DNA of 64,000 nucleotides. Source: Macrostomum lignano (lineage: Eukaryota). The position numbers and the translations under genes were made by a program. The notes beneath the pieces were generated by a model. It did not search any database, was not told where the DNA came from, and saw nothing but the letters and a program-made list of their open reading frames with translations. The stretch is from the NCBI GenBank assembly GCA_002269645.1, contig NIVC01001183.1:186001-250000 (forward strand). Reading direction: 5' to 3'. This document shows positions 39,001 through 50,050 of the stretch, in pieces. Numbering within the stretch: position 1 is the stretch's first letter; every line of letters starts with the position of its first letter.

Positions 39001-40172
39001 TTTGCAAAATAATACACGCGTATGACCTGTTGTGTTAATTAATGAATTAATTTTAACAAATGCACGCACTGTTCTGTAAGGCGAGATAGCTGTTTTTAAT
39101 GTGTACATCTATTGCAACTAGAAACTTCAGACACAAATGCATGCATTTTTCATGGAAAAATCATCTAATTGCAATAATGCGACAAACGCAAAAGTCAAAC
39201 TAATTTTTTCTAGTACATTTAAAATTGAAAAAAAACATTACAGGTGCAACCAAGAGAGCGAAAGCAGCAGACAAGCAAAAGTCGACAGTGTCAAAGGAGA
39301 GCACCAAGGCGTCTGGCTTGAAAAATGAGCAGACTCGAGGCTCCGTGAGTGCTTTGCTTTGTCGGACATGCTATGAATTGGGTGTCTGACATGCTATGAA
39401 TTGGGTGTCATACATGCTATGAATTGGGTGTCTGACATGCTATGAATTGGGTGTCATACATGCTATGAATTGGGTGTCTGACATGCTATGAATTGGGTGT
39501 CATACATGCTATGAATTGGGTGTCTGACATGCTACATACATGCTATGAATTGGGTGTCATACATGCTATGAATTGGGTGTCTGACATGCTATGAATTGGG
39601 TGTCTGACATGCTATGAATTGGGTGTCATACATGCTATGAATTGGGTGTCTGACATGCTATATATTGGGTGTCAGACATGCTGATTGTTGTCAATATGAT
39701 GAACGGCAACTATGGATTTAAATTCAATGGATTTAAATAGACTAGGAAATTTCATTTCTGAAAAAAATTTGCACACCATTAGCAGATTTTCCCTATATTT
39801 CTACTATCAGTAGTGCAACCATAACCATAACCATAGCAAACTGGAATATTTTTTTACGAAAAATTGCAGATGTCATTAAGCAAGGAGCGAACCAAGTCAC
39901 CCAGGAGGATGGCCTCCGGTGGCGGTCGCAAGGCCTCCGAGGACGCCGGGCGCCCCGGCGGCGACCTGCCAGCAGCTGCGGCCGCCGGTGCCGTCGTCGC
40001 CGATCAGTCGGCAATCGACGAGGAGTCCGAGGAGCCAGAGATGCAGCTGACCCCGGAGCTGTTGGCCGAACGACGCTGCTTGGACAGCATCTACGCCAAC
40101 ACCTACTGCCTGCTAGGCCGCATGGCTGAGTCCATTGCCGACGTGTGCGAGTCGCTACGTTACGACTGTTGA
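26448..40172 (+). CDS. MYCBPAP: MYCBP-associated protein (AMAP-1), 13 exons, about 967 aa
   Basis: Exons are 26448-26556, 29663-29805, 30031-30526, 30627-30746, 31086-31149, 31837-32238, 33499-33706, 34301-34633, 36093-36442, 36995-37098, 37356-37526, 39244-39344 and 39870-40172. All phases chain (2904 nt). Family motifs: GPRFDDHGRLIPHSILG, NWERQMTERK.QQ, DYGKGYRVGSEFW, RRFYF...LLPGE...F.FKS..PG.F.EQWQ.ET.PV, TPIDAYITE. The first exon choice and 37356-37526 are less certain. Confidence 0.9.
26640..27265. repeat. Degenerate 10-bp GAGAGTAGAT repeat with a higher-order duplication of about 209 bp
   Basis: The block starting at 26841 recurs at about 27050. Confidence 0.85.
28220..28285 (+). CDS. 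MYCBPAP: Candidate alternative first or cassette exon of MYCBPAP (MSKQGSTSRRVSVAP)
   Basis: Acceptor taaatgcag, ATG at 28240, GTGAGT donor at 28286. The exon is 66 nt, phase 1/1, and in frame with 29663. Confidence 0.6.
28810..29265. repeat. 33/35-bp minisatellite
   Basis: Unit GACAATCAGTGGGCTGATGCTGTCACACCCATA(TA). Confidence 0.95.
30810..31065. repeat. 54-bp C-rich minisatellite in a MYCBPAP intron
   Basis: Period 54 (30868 to 30922). It runs up to the 31085 acceptor. Confidence 0.9.
32645..33330. repeat. (CT)n-based polypyrimidine microsatellite
   Basis: Long CT/CCCTT runs inside the intron. Confidence 0.95.
33765..34140. repeat. 22-bp minisatellite
   Basis: Unit AGGATTGTGACCGATTCTAGAC. 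Confidence 0.9.
34745..35225. repeat. 16-bp minisatellite ATCATAGACCCGAAAT
   Basis: Tandem copies, with an inverted copy of the motif near 35280-35300. Confidence 0.92.
36452..36870. repeat. 20-bp minisatellite GATGGGGATCTGGGATGTGT
   Basis: Starts about 10 nt after the 36443 donor. Confidence 0.95.
37700..38230. repeat. 21-bp minisatellite ATTAGGCGTCATTGTAGATTA
   Basis: Tandem copies with degenerate 5' units. Confidence 0.95.
39362..39680. repeat. 23-bp minisatellite ACATGCTATGAATTGGGTGTC(TG/AT)
   Basis: Alternating two-variant array just after the 39345 donor. Confidence 0.95.
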
Positions 40173-43140
40173 GCACTGCAGTTTGCGTTTTCTGCATGAG
40201 CTGCTTTAATACGTTGATACGCTGCCGTAATTGCAACAGAATTCATTGCTTTTTATTGCACTTGAAAAAATAGTTTTGCATGCAAAAGTCACAATTATGA
40301 TTGAAATCACAGAAGCTATACGTAACAAAACGTTCATTTGGTGATTTTTTTGTTTAACTCTTACTTCTTTTTGTTTTATTAAATGAAAATTGAATCTAGA
40401 TTTTCTATAGAATACAGTTGGATACCCGAATTTTGAATACCGAATTCACAGATAATTACTCGAACAAATCAGGAATGTTATTTTATGATTTTTATAGTTG
40501 CTTTTTTATTGACTTGTTGATCAGTCAAATATGAAAACTACATGTATGTATATACTGGGGGTTCTGGGCATCACAATGCCATTTGCATCTGAATTCAAGT
40601 TGATGCCAACTTGAAAACCAGGATTATTAGCCTGAGAAAATTGGCGCGGTGCCACCAAATGCAGCCTAATTTTTGTGTTTTTACAAAGATTGTACGGATT
40701 TTTAGGTCCCTTCTTTGATGCGGTGATTTTATGGTCAGCGTTAATGAGCCTATAATTGGCTGTTTTACCATGGAACAGAAGCTGACTGAAAAAAAATTGA
40801 CCTTTTTAGGCATCATGGTCGACTACTGAAGCTGCCTCCGCCCCCTTATGAGCAGGCAACCGTCATTTCCCAATGTCGAGGCAGGGGCCTCTCCTGATGA
40901 ACTTGATGATCAGTGGAAGATCAGTCGAGATTTGGGTAGTGCTTAGTCGAAGATGAGACTCTGCCTGGGCGTTCAGAGTCCGGAGTCTGCAACCCAACCA
41001 TGCATTGAGCACTTTCCAGCACGGGATCTTTTGTGGCTACGACTGACGAAAATAGACAGCGTGCTAGTAGACTTTACTAAGAGTAGTATGAGGGAGCATG
41101 ATCGAACTAATATGACATCCAGATCCAGATGCTCAGTGCGAGAAGTATCGTATATACAGTACTTCCAGTAGTGATACTTTCAACAGCCTTGCAATGCACA
41201 AGAGACAGCTGGGCGCCACAGGGGACACAAGAAAGCGGAGCAGGGGGAGAAAGAGGAGATTGGAGAGAGGAAAAATAGAGGAGAAATAAAGAGAAGAAAT
41301 TAAGATAATCAAGGTGGTAATTTCACATGTAAAGCGAGATAGAAGGATTTACATTTTGAGATGAAAGGTTGTAATACTGTATTTAAAACACGAATACAGC
41401 AGCGGAGAAGCAGTGAGGGCGGAGGTGTTGGGCAAGAGATGGTGGCGGGAGAAGCCGCACTCCCCACTTAAAAACAGCCGGAATTTCCTTTCGGAATCCA
41501 GTTGGACGTGCTCCGTAAACTATTGTCCGAATCCGACAACCGGCCATTGCCTACCAAACTCTGTCGTCGGATTCCAATTAGATTTTCCGGAGCGCAGGTC
41601 GGTGTGTTAACGCGTGGGTACAAATATGTGTAAAATGTGCGCATCTGCGCGGAAAGCGACGTGCTTTGTGTGTACATGTACATGTAAATCACGGAAAAAG
41701 TATCAAAATTGCCCATTTTACGTACGTCGACGGCTACGTGTGGGTTCTACGCGAGGGATCTACGAGAGTACAACTTACGCTATACAGTATGTGGCAGAGC
41801 AGAGACTGAACGTGGGCGATCCATGGGCCGTCATGTCCCTCGAGATCGTCTCCTAGCTAATTTATAACCATAGGGCCGCCCAAAAGCAATTGGGAGTCAA
41901 CCAAAACGAAAAAGTAATAAGACTCTCGGGCACCCAGACAGTGTGATTTCGGCCGGTGAATTTAGCAAGCAGGCAAACAGGACGCATTAAACGTCTCTGA
42001 AATATAATGTGCATTGTAACGAACTATACATGACGTCAGTAGTAGTAGTATAGTAGTAGTAGTAAGTTGGCTCAGGCAAAAAGCCTGTTTGGCCTAATAT
42101 AAGTCGATGTATTTAATACTTGTTCAAAAGGTTGGATACTCTTAAATGATGAATGAATACGTGTTACTACGATATTTGTATTAAATATTGTATTTGAAAG
42201 AGCGTCTGGAATTTTTTACTGTTCATGAGATGTTCATTTTCAAACTAACTAATGAACCTATACAACAGAACGACAAGAAATGAAGTAGGGAATTATGAAA
42301 ACAGGTACCGTATGGTTTTGATGCAAAACGGTTCATCCAAAATTCGATTTAAAATATAGGTAGTTAAGTGTTTTTCTATCAATGAGAAATATTGAGTATA
42401 AGGATTGCTCAAAATATTTGGCGATTATTATTAATGGCGATTTAAATAGGAAAAAAATAAAAAAGTGATGAATGGACAAAGTGAGACATTTATAAAAGCA
42501 TATTGCGGTATTGGCAATACTTTTCTGCGAGTAAATGCCCCACGACCACGGGACCGTTCAAGGACGTAATGGTGGGAAAAATAAGCGGACTCAGTACTAT
42601 TCTGTTATACATGTACACAGCATGTATATCTTTCAAGTAAATAGTTTTAACTGTACATGGCATCGTAAATATTAGCTACTCCAGTAAGCTCTTTTCTGAC
42701 TCTTTTATCATTTGTCTGGCATACTTTATTATTTTTTGAGCTATGCAAAAAAATTGAAATGTTTTAATATTCATTTCTGCGATGACTAATTTAGCGTTTT
42801 AGCCTAACTATTTGTGAATTTTAAGATTTTAAAAAGATTGAAGCATTTTATAATTTACAATATTTTTAGTAAACGTCTTTCTTGCATTAAAAAGTTTGAT
42901 TTGCTGCTCTTTTTAAACATACCGTTGGGGCACGCATTTAAATTACAAATTAAAAACCTACGTCGACCCATGCGTTTTAACTAGACAGGTCCAGTAATTG
43001 TCATCTGCATAATTGAATGAATAAGGTCCGACCATTATGTGCTTAAAGGTCTAGACGATAAAATTATACAAAATTTATATGCTTATAGGCTGTCGGATAT
43101 ACTTAATGTGAGAGTTAACTCTGAAGAAATCTTGTTAATA

Positions 43141-45036
43141 ATGTCTTCGACTTCAAATTCTGTTGTAGTGGCGCTTCTTCCATCTGATATTGATCGACTT
43201 ATTCTTGGTAAGTTTTTTTCTTCAAATTTATAGCGTTTTGCCATAATTTGCTTCCATCTACCATATGTTTATTTTTAGGAAAAACGATGTATTCTAAATG
43301 AAGACTAGATCACTATATTTCCATAGCATTGTCATAGTCATTAGTCATTGGGAACAGTTTTTTTCCATGCATAATTTTTTACAATTTGCTTCAATTTGTA
43401 CCAAATTTACTAAAATTACATACCATGTCTATAAACACTGGCTAGGTTTTATTATGTAGTATAGGGGACTATCAGGCCTATATCATATAATCTTATATAT
43501 ATAATCTATATAATCTTAGCAAAATATAAAGTATACAAATAATATTAATAATAGTTAAATAATTATGCCTACATTATATTTCAATGGCAATGTCAATGAA
43601 ATTAAATATTAGAAAAAAAACTCTGACTAAAATGGTATGAGACTTCTAATAGGTATCCAGATAGTCTAGCAATAGGACAATCTAGCAACAGTTAAAATAA
43701 TAATAATCAATCCAGCAACAAGGTATAGTAAAATGGAATACTTATAGGCATGGCTATAATCATCAATATAAAAGATGTGTTCTGTAAGGCTCTCATAAGC
43801 AAATAGTGGCTTAATTGATATATCAATTGCCTTATGATTGCATATAGCAACGTTTGAATACTAAGTGGTCAAAGTTTTTTTAATTTGAAATGTTTTTAAC
43901 AAACAGAAAATTTTGTATCTTGAACTCTTCAAGTTTTTTAATTAAAATAAAATAATAAAGTAAATAATTTTTTTAATAAGAGTAACATTAAATCTTAAAA
44001 TGCTGCCAGAATTATATATGTAGCTATATCTATAAGTATTTGAACTTTGAACTTAAAATTTTTTATAAAATTTTATATAAGAAATTTGCCACATTTTTGT
44101 TCATGCTCTTTAGTTATTGCTAGATTTTCATTTATTCTCAAGTTGCTTAATTATGCATTTAGTAAGGCTATAATAATGTTTAACTCATGACAAAGTATGA
44201 TCAATATATATAAAAAAATATTTCTTTTACAGTAGCTACATATATTGTAGCTGCACTTTAGGACTTAGTGTTACTCTTAAAATTAAATTAAATTAAATTT
44301 AAAACAAAATTCAAATTAAAAAAAACTCTGACCATTTGGGATTTAAACATTTTCATGCAATCACAAGGCAATTAACTTACTACTAAGCCACTAAGACTAA
44401 CAACCTCAACTCTTGAAAACTTACACTAATTAAAAGTGCAATGTTTGACAGCAAGCATTTCCCCCCAAGGTAAATATATCACTTATTCCTTGTTGCAAAA
44501 TATCTTTAATGTCTTTTTTCATTTAAATACCAATTTGTATAGTCTTAGGCCCAGGCTTTGAAATTATGGGTAAAATGGATACCACAAAGTATGAACCTGA
44601 CATCCAAATCAAATGTTTCCTGTAAGCTTATTCAACAACAAGAACCATAAAATGACACTTAAATATTGATGCAATGTGTATGCAGGAATGTTGAATTAAA
44701 ATATCTACTATAAACTCCATCTATGAGCTGAGTTATGCTTTTGTATGCATGCAATACTTATTTCATACATATCTTCTACATTGCGCAGGTTACCTCAGCG
44801 ACGTCAAGTACAATGCGACCCACAGTAGCCTGCTTCAAGAATCGCCATTCCTTTACGAATACTCTTATTTAACCCAGATGGGCGTCGCCTGCCCAACCAC
44901 CACCTGCGAGGGCCTCACTCTAATTGACATTTTAACCGAATATTTCAACGAGAAACGTCGGCAAAGAAAAATTGCAAAACGCACTTTGACGGCTAATGGC
45001 CGGCTTTCCATTGCCAGGGAGCAGCTGCAGGCAACG

Positions 45037-45091
<55 letters not shown>

Positions 45092-48000
45092 GCAGCTCCG
45101 ACTTGAGTTCAGACAGCGGTGTTCAGCCAGCAGCTTTGCTCAGCAGTACAGCTGCTGTTGCATTGCAACTTTCTGCTTCTAATATTAATCAGCGCAATTT
45201 AAATTTGCAGCAGCAACAGCAGCAGCAGCAACAGCAGCAGCAATCACCGACCATTCTAGTTTTAACTAATCAGCATTCATCCTCTTCAGTTACTAACGGA
45301 GCTGCAGCTGTAGGACAGGCCTTGACAACAGTTGCTATGACAACAGTTGCTATGACAACTGAGGCTACTGTTGAGACTACTAGTTTGAACTCTGGCCCAG
45401 TCAATCAGATTGCTTCTCAAGAGTCTGCAACTGGAATTGGCGAATTTCAACAAATGGTTGTGGATGATGCGGCAGATTCGGCCACTGTTGCTATGCCGTT
45501 GCCAGGCGAATCGGCATCAGCTGATACTGGGGAGGCTTCTGCTGACTCAGCAGCCTGCGCGGCCGCATCTTCACAGTCTTCGGCGCACAAAAAGAAAAGG
45601 TAAGCAGGCAGTGATGGATAGTTCCTCACGTGTTGTCGCTAGTGACTCCAGACCAACCCTTTAAAAACTTTACCGTGACAAAAATCGCTGAAGAGTCAAG
45701 AGAAAAATCGCGAGTTTTTGAATCGTAGCTCAAGAGTCGTTGTGTAAGCGCTTAACTTTCTATTGAGCGCAATATAGTTGTTATAAATTCGAAATGCGAT
45801 TCTACTTCATACAGTGACGCGGTCACTTATTTTCTGCTTTTTTATGTGTTACCCGAAACGACTCTAAGGCAATGCAAGTGACTATGGGACGCTTCTTGAC
45901 CTAGGTACCGTTTTCAACTGTGCAACAATATCTGTTTAACTCGCACAACTTTTTTCATACATTGCAGCCGTCCTCGCAAAGTAGTCACAGCTCCTGAACA
46001 GACTGGTCAGGTACAGGATAGTCGGGTAAGTTAGACTCAGATCTGTTGTCCAATAAATTCCACTTATTGATTATAGAATTATTTGTCATTATTATTGTTA
46101 TTATTCAGAAGCTGATCGACAGAATCCTGATGTCGCCCGACAAATTCGCCGACTCGTGGGAGCGCGCTGTCAGCAGTAAAAAGCTGGATACGGACACTGA
46201 GAAGCTTAGGCAGTTTCTGGATAGCGTAAGTCTTGCACACATCGTCAGGTTTAAACTAGCAGCTTCCTGGGTCTTCAGGTCTAAGCTAGCAGCTTCCTGA
46301 GTCTCCAGGTATAAGCTAGCAGCTTCCTAAGTCTTCAGGTATAAGCTAGCAGCTTCCTGAGTCTTCAGGTATAAGCTAGCAGCTTCCTGAGTCTTCCGGT
46401 ATAAGCTAGCAGCTTCCTGAGTCTTCCGGTATAAGCTAGCAGCTTCCTGAGTCTTCAGGTATAAGCTAGCAGCTTCCTGAGTCTTCAGGTATAAGCTAGC
46501 AGCTTCCTGAGTCTTCCGGTATAAGCTAGCAGCTTCCTGAGTCTTCCGGTATAAGCTAGCAGCTTCCTGAGTCTTCAGGTATAAGCTAGCAGCTTCCTGA
46601 GTCTTCAGGTATAAGCTAGCAGCTTCCTGAGTCTTCAGGTATAAGCTAGCAGCTTCCTGAGTCTTCAGGTATAAGCTAGCAGCTTCCTGAGTCTTCCGGT
46701 ATAAGCTAGCAGCTTCCTGAGTCTTCAGGTATAAGCTAGCAGCTTCCTGAGTCTTCCGGTATAAGCTAGAAGCTTCCTAAATATTCAGGTCTAAGCTAGC
46801 AGCTTCCTAAATATTCAGGTCTAAGCTAGCAGCTTCCTAAATATTCAGGTCTAAGCTAGCAGCTTCCTAAATATTCAGGTCTAAGCTAGCAGCTTCCTAA
46901 ATATTCAGGTCTAAGCTAGCAGCTTCCTAAATATTCAGGTCTAAGCTAGCAGCTTCCTAAATATTCAGGTCTAAGCTAGCAGCTCCCTGACCTGCCTTAT
47001 CCAGAAGCTTCGCAGATATACGCAGCCAAATCTTACCCTACAAATGTGTTTGAGAATTAAAATTGCTAAATATATAAAGGCCAATACATTAATAACAAGA
47101 ATTACTCCGCCGCTTCTCAGGAACAGAACGAGCAGCGAGACGAACTGGCCGACATATTTCTGACCGCCTTCTTGACAGACGAAGACAACAACACGCTTCT
47201 TGGCGTGGATTTGTCAAATCCGATCCAACCAGCTGGGGGCCGGACGCTGGCAGGCTTGAACAGCGCAATCAGTCGCTGGCCGACAGTGGCGCTGATGAGG
47301 CGAATGTAGTGTGCGACTCCGAGCACATTGAATCAATATTCGCCGAGATGACCAGTCCGTTTCTGACGCCCAATAAATTTCCGCTGGCAAACGCCTCCAG
47401 TTCGCCACCAAAATCTGTGCCAGTCATTTCCATTGGCGGCAGCAAAGCTGACAGTTGCGTTGTGAGTAGCACGCAGGTTACTGTGCCCTGCTGGCAGTCC
47501 GCTCCTCTGGCGCAGATGCTAACCAGTCCTATTGCTCTATCTACTGAATGTACCACTGTGTCTGCCAGTTCCACTACTCTGTCTACTGGTTCTACCGGCG
47601 TATCTGCTGCTTCCCCTGCCGTATCTACCAGTTCTACTGCGGTATCAAACCCTTCCACTGTTCAGTCTGCCGGGTCTACTAAGTCTGCTATCAAGTCTAT
47701 CAGATTTGCTGTGGCACCTACCGATTCTAAAGTCCTATCTGTTGGTTCTACCGCCGTATCTGTTGGTTCTACCGCCGTATCTGCTGGTTCTACCGCCGTA
47801 TCTGCTGGTTCTACCGCCGTATCTGTTGGTTCTACCGCCGTATCTGCTGGTTCTACCGCCGTATCTGCTGGTTCTACCGCCGTATCTGTTGGTTCTACCG
47901 CCGTATCTGCTGGTTCTACCGCCGTGTCTGCTGGTTCTACCGCCGTGTCTGCTGGTTCTACCGCCGTATCTGCTGGTTCTACCGCCGTGTCTGCTGGTTC

Positions 48001-49583
48001 TACCGCCGTATCTGCTGGTTCTACCGCCGTGTCTGCTGGTTCTACCGCAGTATCTACTGGTTCTACCGCAAGATCTGCTGGTTCTACCGCCGTATCTACT
48101 GGTTCTACGGTCGTACCTGCCGATTTTACCGCCGTATCTGCTGGTTCTATCGCTAACTCAACTGTTTTCTTTGCTGTTGATTCTCAGTTCGCTGTGGCAG
48201 AAAATGTGATCGTAAGTTTGTAAATTTCTTCAGTGTGAGGGGAGGCGGTAGGCAGCCTAGCTGGCCCTGTCAGTGTGAGTAGGCGGTAGGCAGCCTAGCT
48301 AGCCCTGTCAGTTTGGGGTGGGGGAGGCGGTAGGCAGCCTAGCTGGCCCTGTCAGTTTGGGGGGGAGGCGGTAGGCAGCCTAGCTGGCCCTGTCAGTTTG
48401 GGGGGAGGCGGTAGGCAGCCTAGCTGGCCCTGTCAGTTTGGGGGGAGGCGGTAGGCAGCCTAGCTGGCCCTGTCAGTGTGGGGGGGGAGGCGGTAGGCAG
48501 CCTAGCTGGCCCTGTCAGTTTGGGGAGGCGGTAGGCAGCCTAGCTGGCCCTGTCAGTGTGGGGGGGGGAGGCGGTAGGCAGCCTAGCTGGCCCTGTCAGT
48601 GTGGGGGGGGGGAGGCGGTAGGCAGCCTAGCTGGCCCTGTCAGTGTGGGGGGGGAGGCGGTAGGCAGCCTAGCTGGCCCTGTCAGTGTGGGGGGGGAGGC
48701 GGTAGGCAGCCTAGCTGGCCCTGTCAGTTTGGGGGGGGCGGTAGGCAGCCTAGCTGGCCCTGTCAGTTTGGGGGGGGGGAGGCGGTAGGCAGCCTAGCTG
48801 GCCCTGTCAGTGTGGGGAGCCGGTAAAATCAGCAAAATTAATTCGCTGGCCACAATAAAAAGAAAGATATTGAACGAGTTCAGCCTATTGGAAAGTGCAT
48901 CGCTAACAACACTCCAGGTGGTGCAGCAGCCGCAGTCCGCAGCCGGGCCAGCAAGCACTGGCTACAATCCGGTTGCTAACTGCGACTTAGACGAGAGTTT
49001 CAGCACCCTGGACAGCCTAATAGGCCTCACAGCGGAGGCCACGGTAACCGGCTCGGCTCCTCCGACTACTGTCTCTGCCACCGATACCTCGGCGCTATCT
49101 CCAACTTATTCAAAATCGTCTGTAGCATCCAGTACGAAATCAGCTCGTCGAGGCCGGCGACGCCCGCCGCCTCCGTCTACTGAGTCGGTCCCAGTTGCTG
49201 CAACAATCGCGGCAAATACTCGGCGCCAGAAGAAAGCCGCTCTGCTGTCTTCGCTTCCGTCGCCGCCTTCGCCTCCGTCGTCGCCGTCTTCATCGCCGCC
49301 GCCGTCGCTGATTCATCGGAAACGCGTGAAATCAACTTTGAGAACAGGCTTCGTTTGCTCGGTGTGCGGCCAGTCCTACAATGCTAGGAATCGGCTAGAC
49401 AGGCACATGAATCTTCACGAGCAGATCAGCGCTATGGCCAGCCAGTCCGCCTCTGCCGCCGCCGCCACCGACGCCGCCTCGTGCACCAGCAAAGCACCAA
49501 CTAAGAGACTTTATAAACGGTTGCGAACCGATCTGAAAGCTATGGACATTAATAGTTTTATGAATAGTCTTTCTTCTCAATGA
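43141..49583 (+). CDS. NPAT: NPAT/Mxc orthologue (histone locus body scaffold) with a C2H2 finger
   Basis: Exons are 43141-43207, 44789-45599, 45968-46025, 46109-46225, 47121-47461 (frame discontinuity near 47236), 48188-48211 and 48918-49583. The N-terminus LLPSDIDRLIL|GYL...LLQESP.L.EY...G.TL.DILTEY matches the NPAT LisH region (LLPSDVARLVLGYL). The C-terminus KAMDINSFMNSL resembles the NPAT tail (GMDVDKFLLSL). Confidence 0.82.
45040..45090 (+). repeat. Pure (CAG)17 coding polyglutamine tract in NPAT
   Basis: Uninterrupted CAG run in frame. Confidence 0.95.
45630..45750. repeat. Second copy of the GACTC/GAGTC element, in an NPAT intron
   Basis: Homology to 4030-4220 as described for that feature. 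Confidence 0.5.
46250..46985. repeat. 30-bp minisatellite in an NPAT intron
   Basis: Unit GGTATAAGCTAGCAGCTTCCTGAGTCTTCA, switching to a second variant in the 3' block. Confidence 0.95.
47720..48150 (+). repeat. 21-bp in-frame repeat (STAVSAG)n
   Basis: Unit TCTACCGCCGTATCTGCTGGT, lying in the in-frame NPAT intron 47462-48187. Confidence 0.95.
48238..48815. repeat. About 40-44-bp minisatellite with variable G run
   Basis: Core GAGGCGGTAGGCAGCCTAGCTGGCCCTGTCAGT. Confidence 0.95.
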
Positions 49584-49749
49584 TTGATTCAAATTAATTG
49601 AAGTTCGCAACCGACTTTAATTTATTTATTATTTATTCCGCTTGGATACTGAAGCTTCGTGGAATCTTCGCCTTGGTTGACACGTTAGTATCTGCTACTC
49701 GTAGAAGCAAGGAGGATTAAAAGATTGCAAGATCCTTATAATCTAAATC

Positions 49750-50050
49750 CACCCAGTCCCCAAGTCCCCATAATGCAATATCTTCCAGTCCCCAGATCCC
49801 ATAATCCAAAATCTCCCAGTCCCCCGATCCCATAATCCAAAATCTGTCCCCAAATCCCACATAATCCAAAATATCAAAATAAGTCCTCAGATCCCCATAA
49901 TTCAGTCTCCCAGTTCACAGATCCCATAATCCAAAATCCCCAGCCCTCAAATCCCACATAATCCAAAATCTCCCAGTGTCCCAGATCCTCATAATAAAAA
50001 ATCTCGCAGTTCCAGATTCCCATAATAAATCTCCCAGTTCCCAAATCTCG
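49750..50050. repeat. Degenerate CCCAGATCCCATAATCCAAAAT repeat
   Basis: Imperfect tandem copies 3' of NPAT. Confidence 0.7.

Noticed and set aside
40860-41170. Degenerate transposase-like text (DELDDQW...) on the plus strand
   Set aside because: It has a stop-interrupted frame and only a faint resemblance, with no catalytic motif or TIRs seen.
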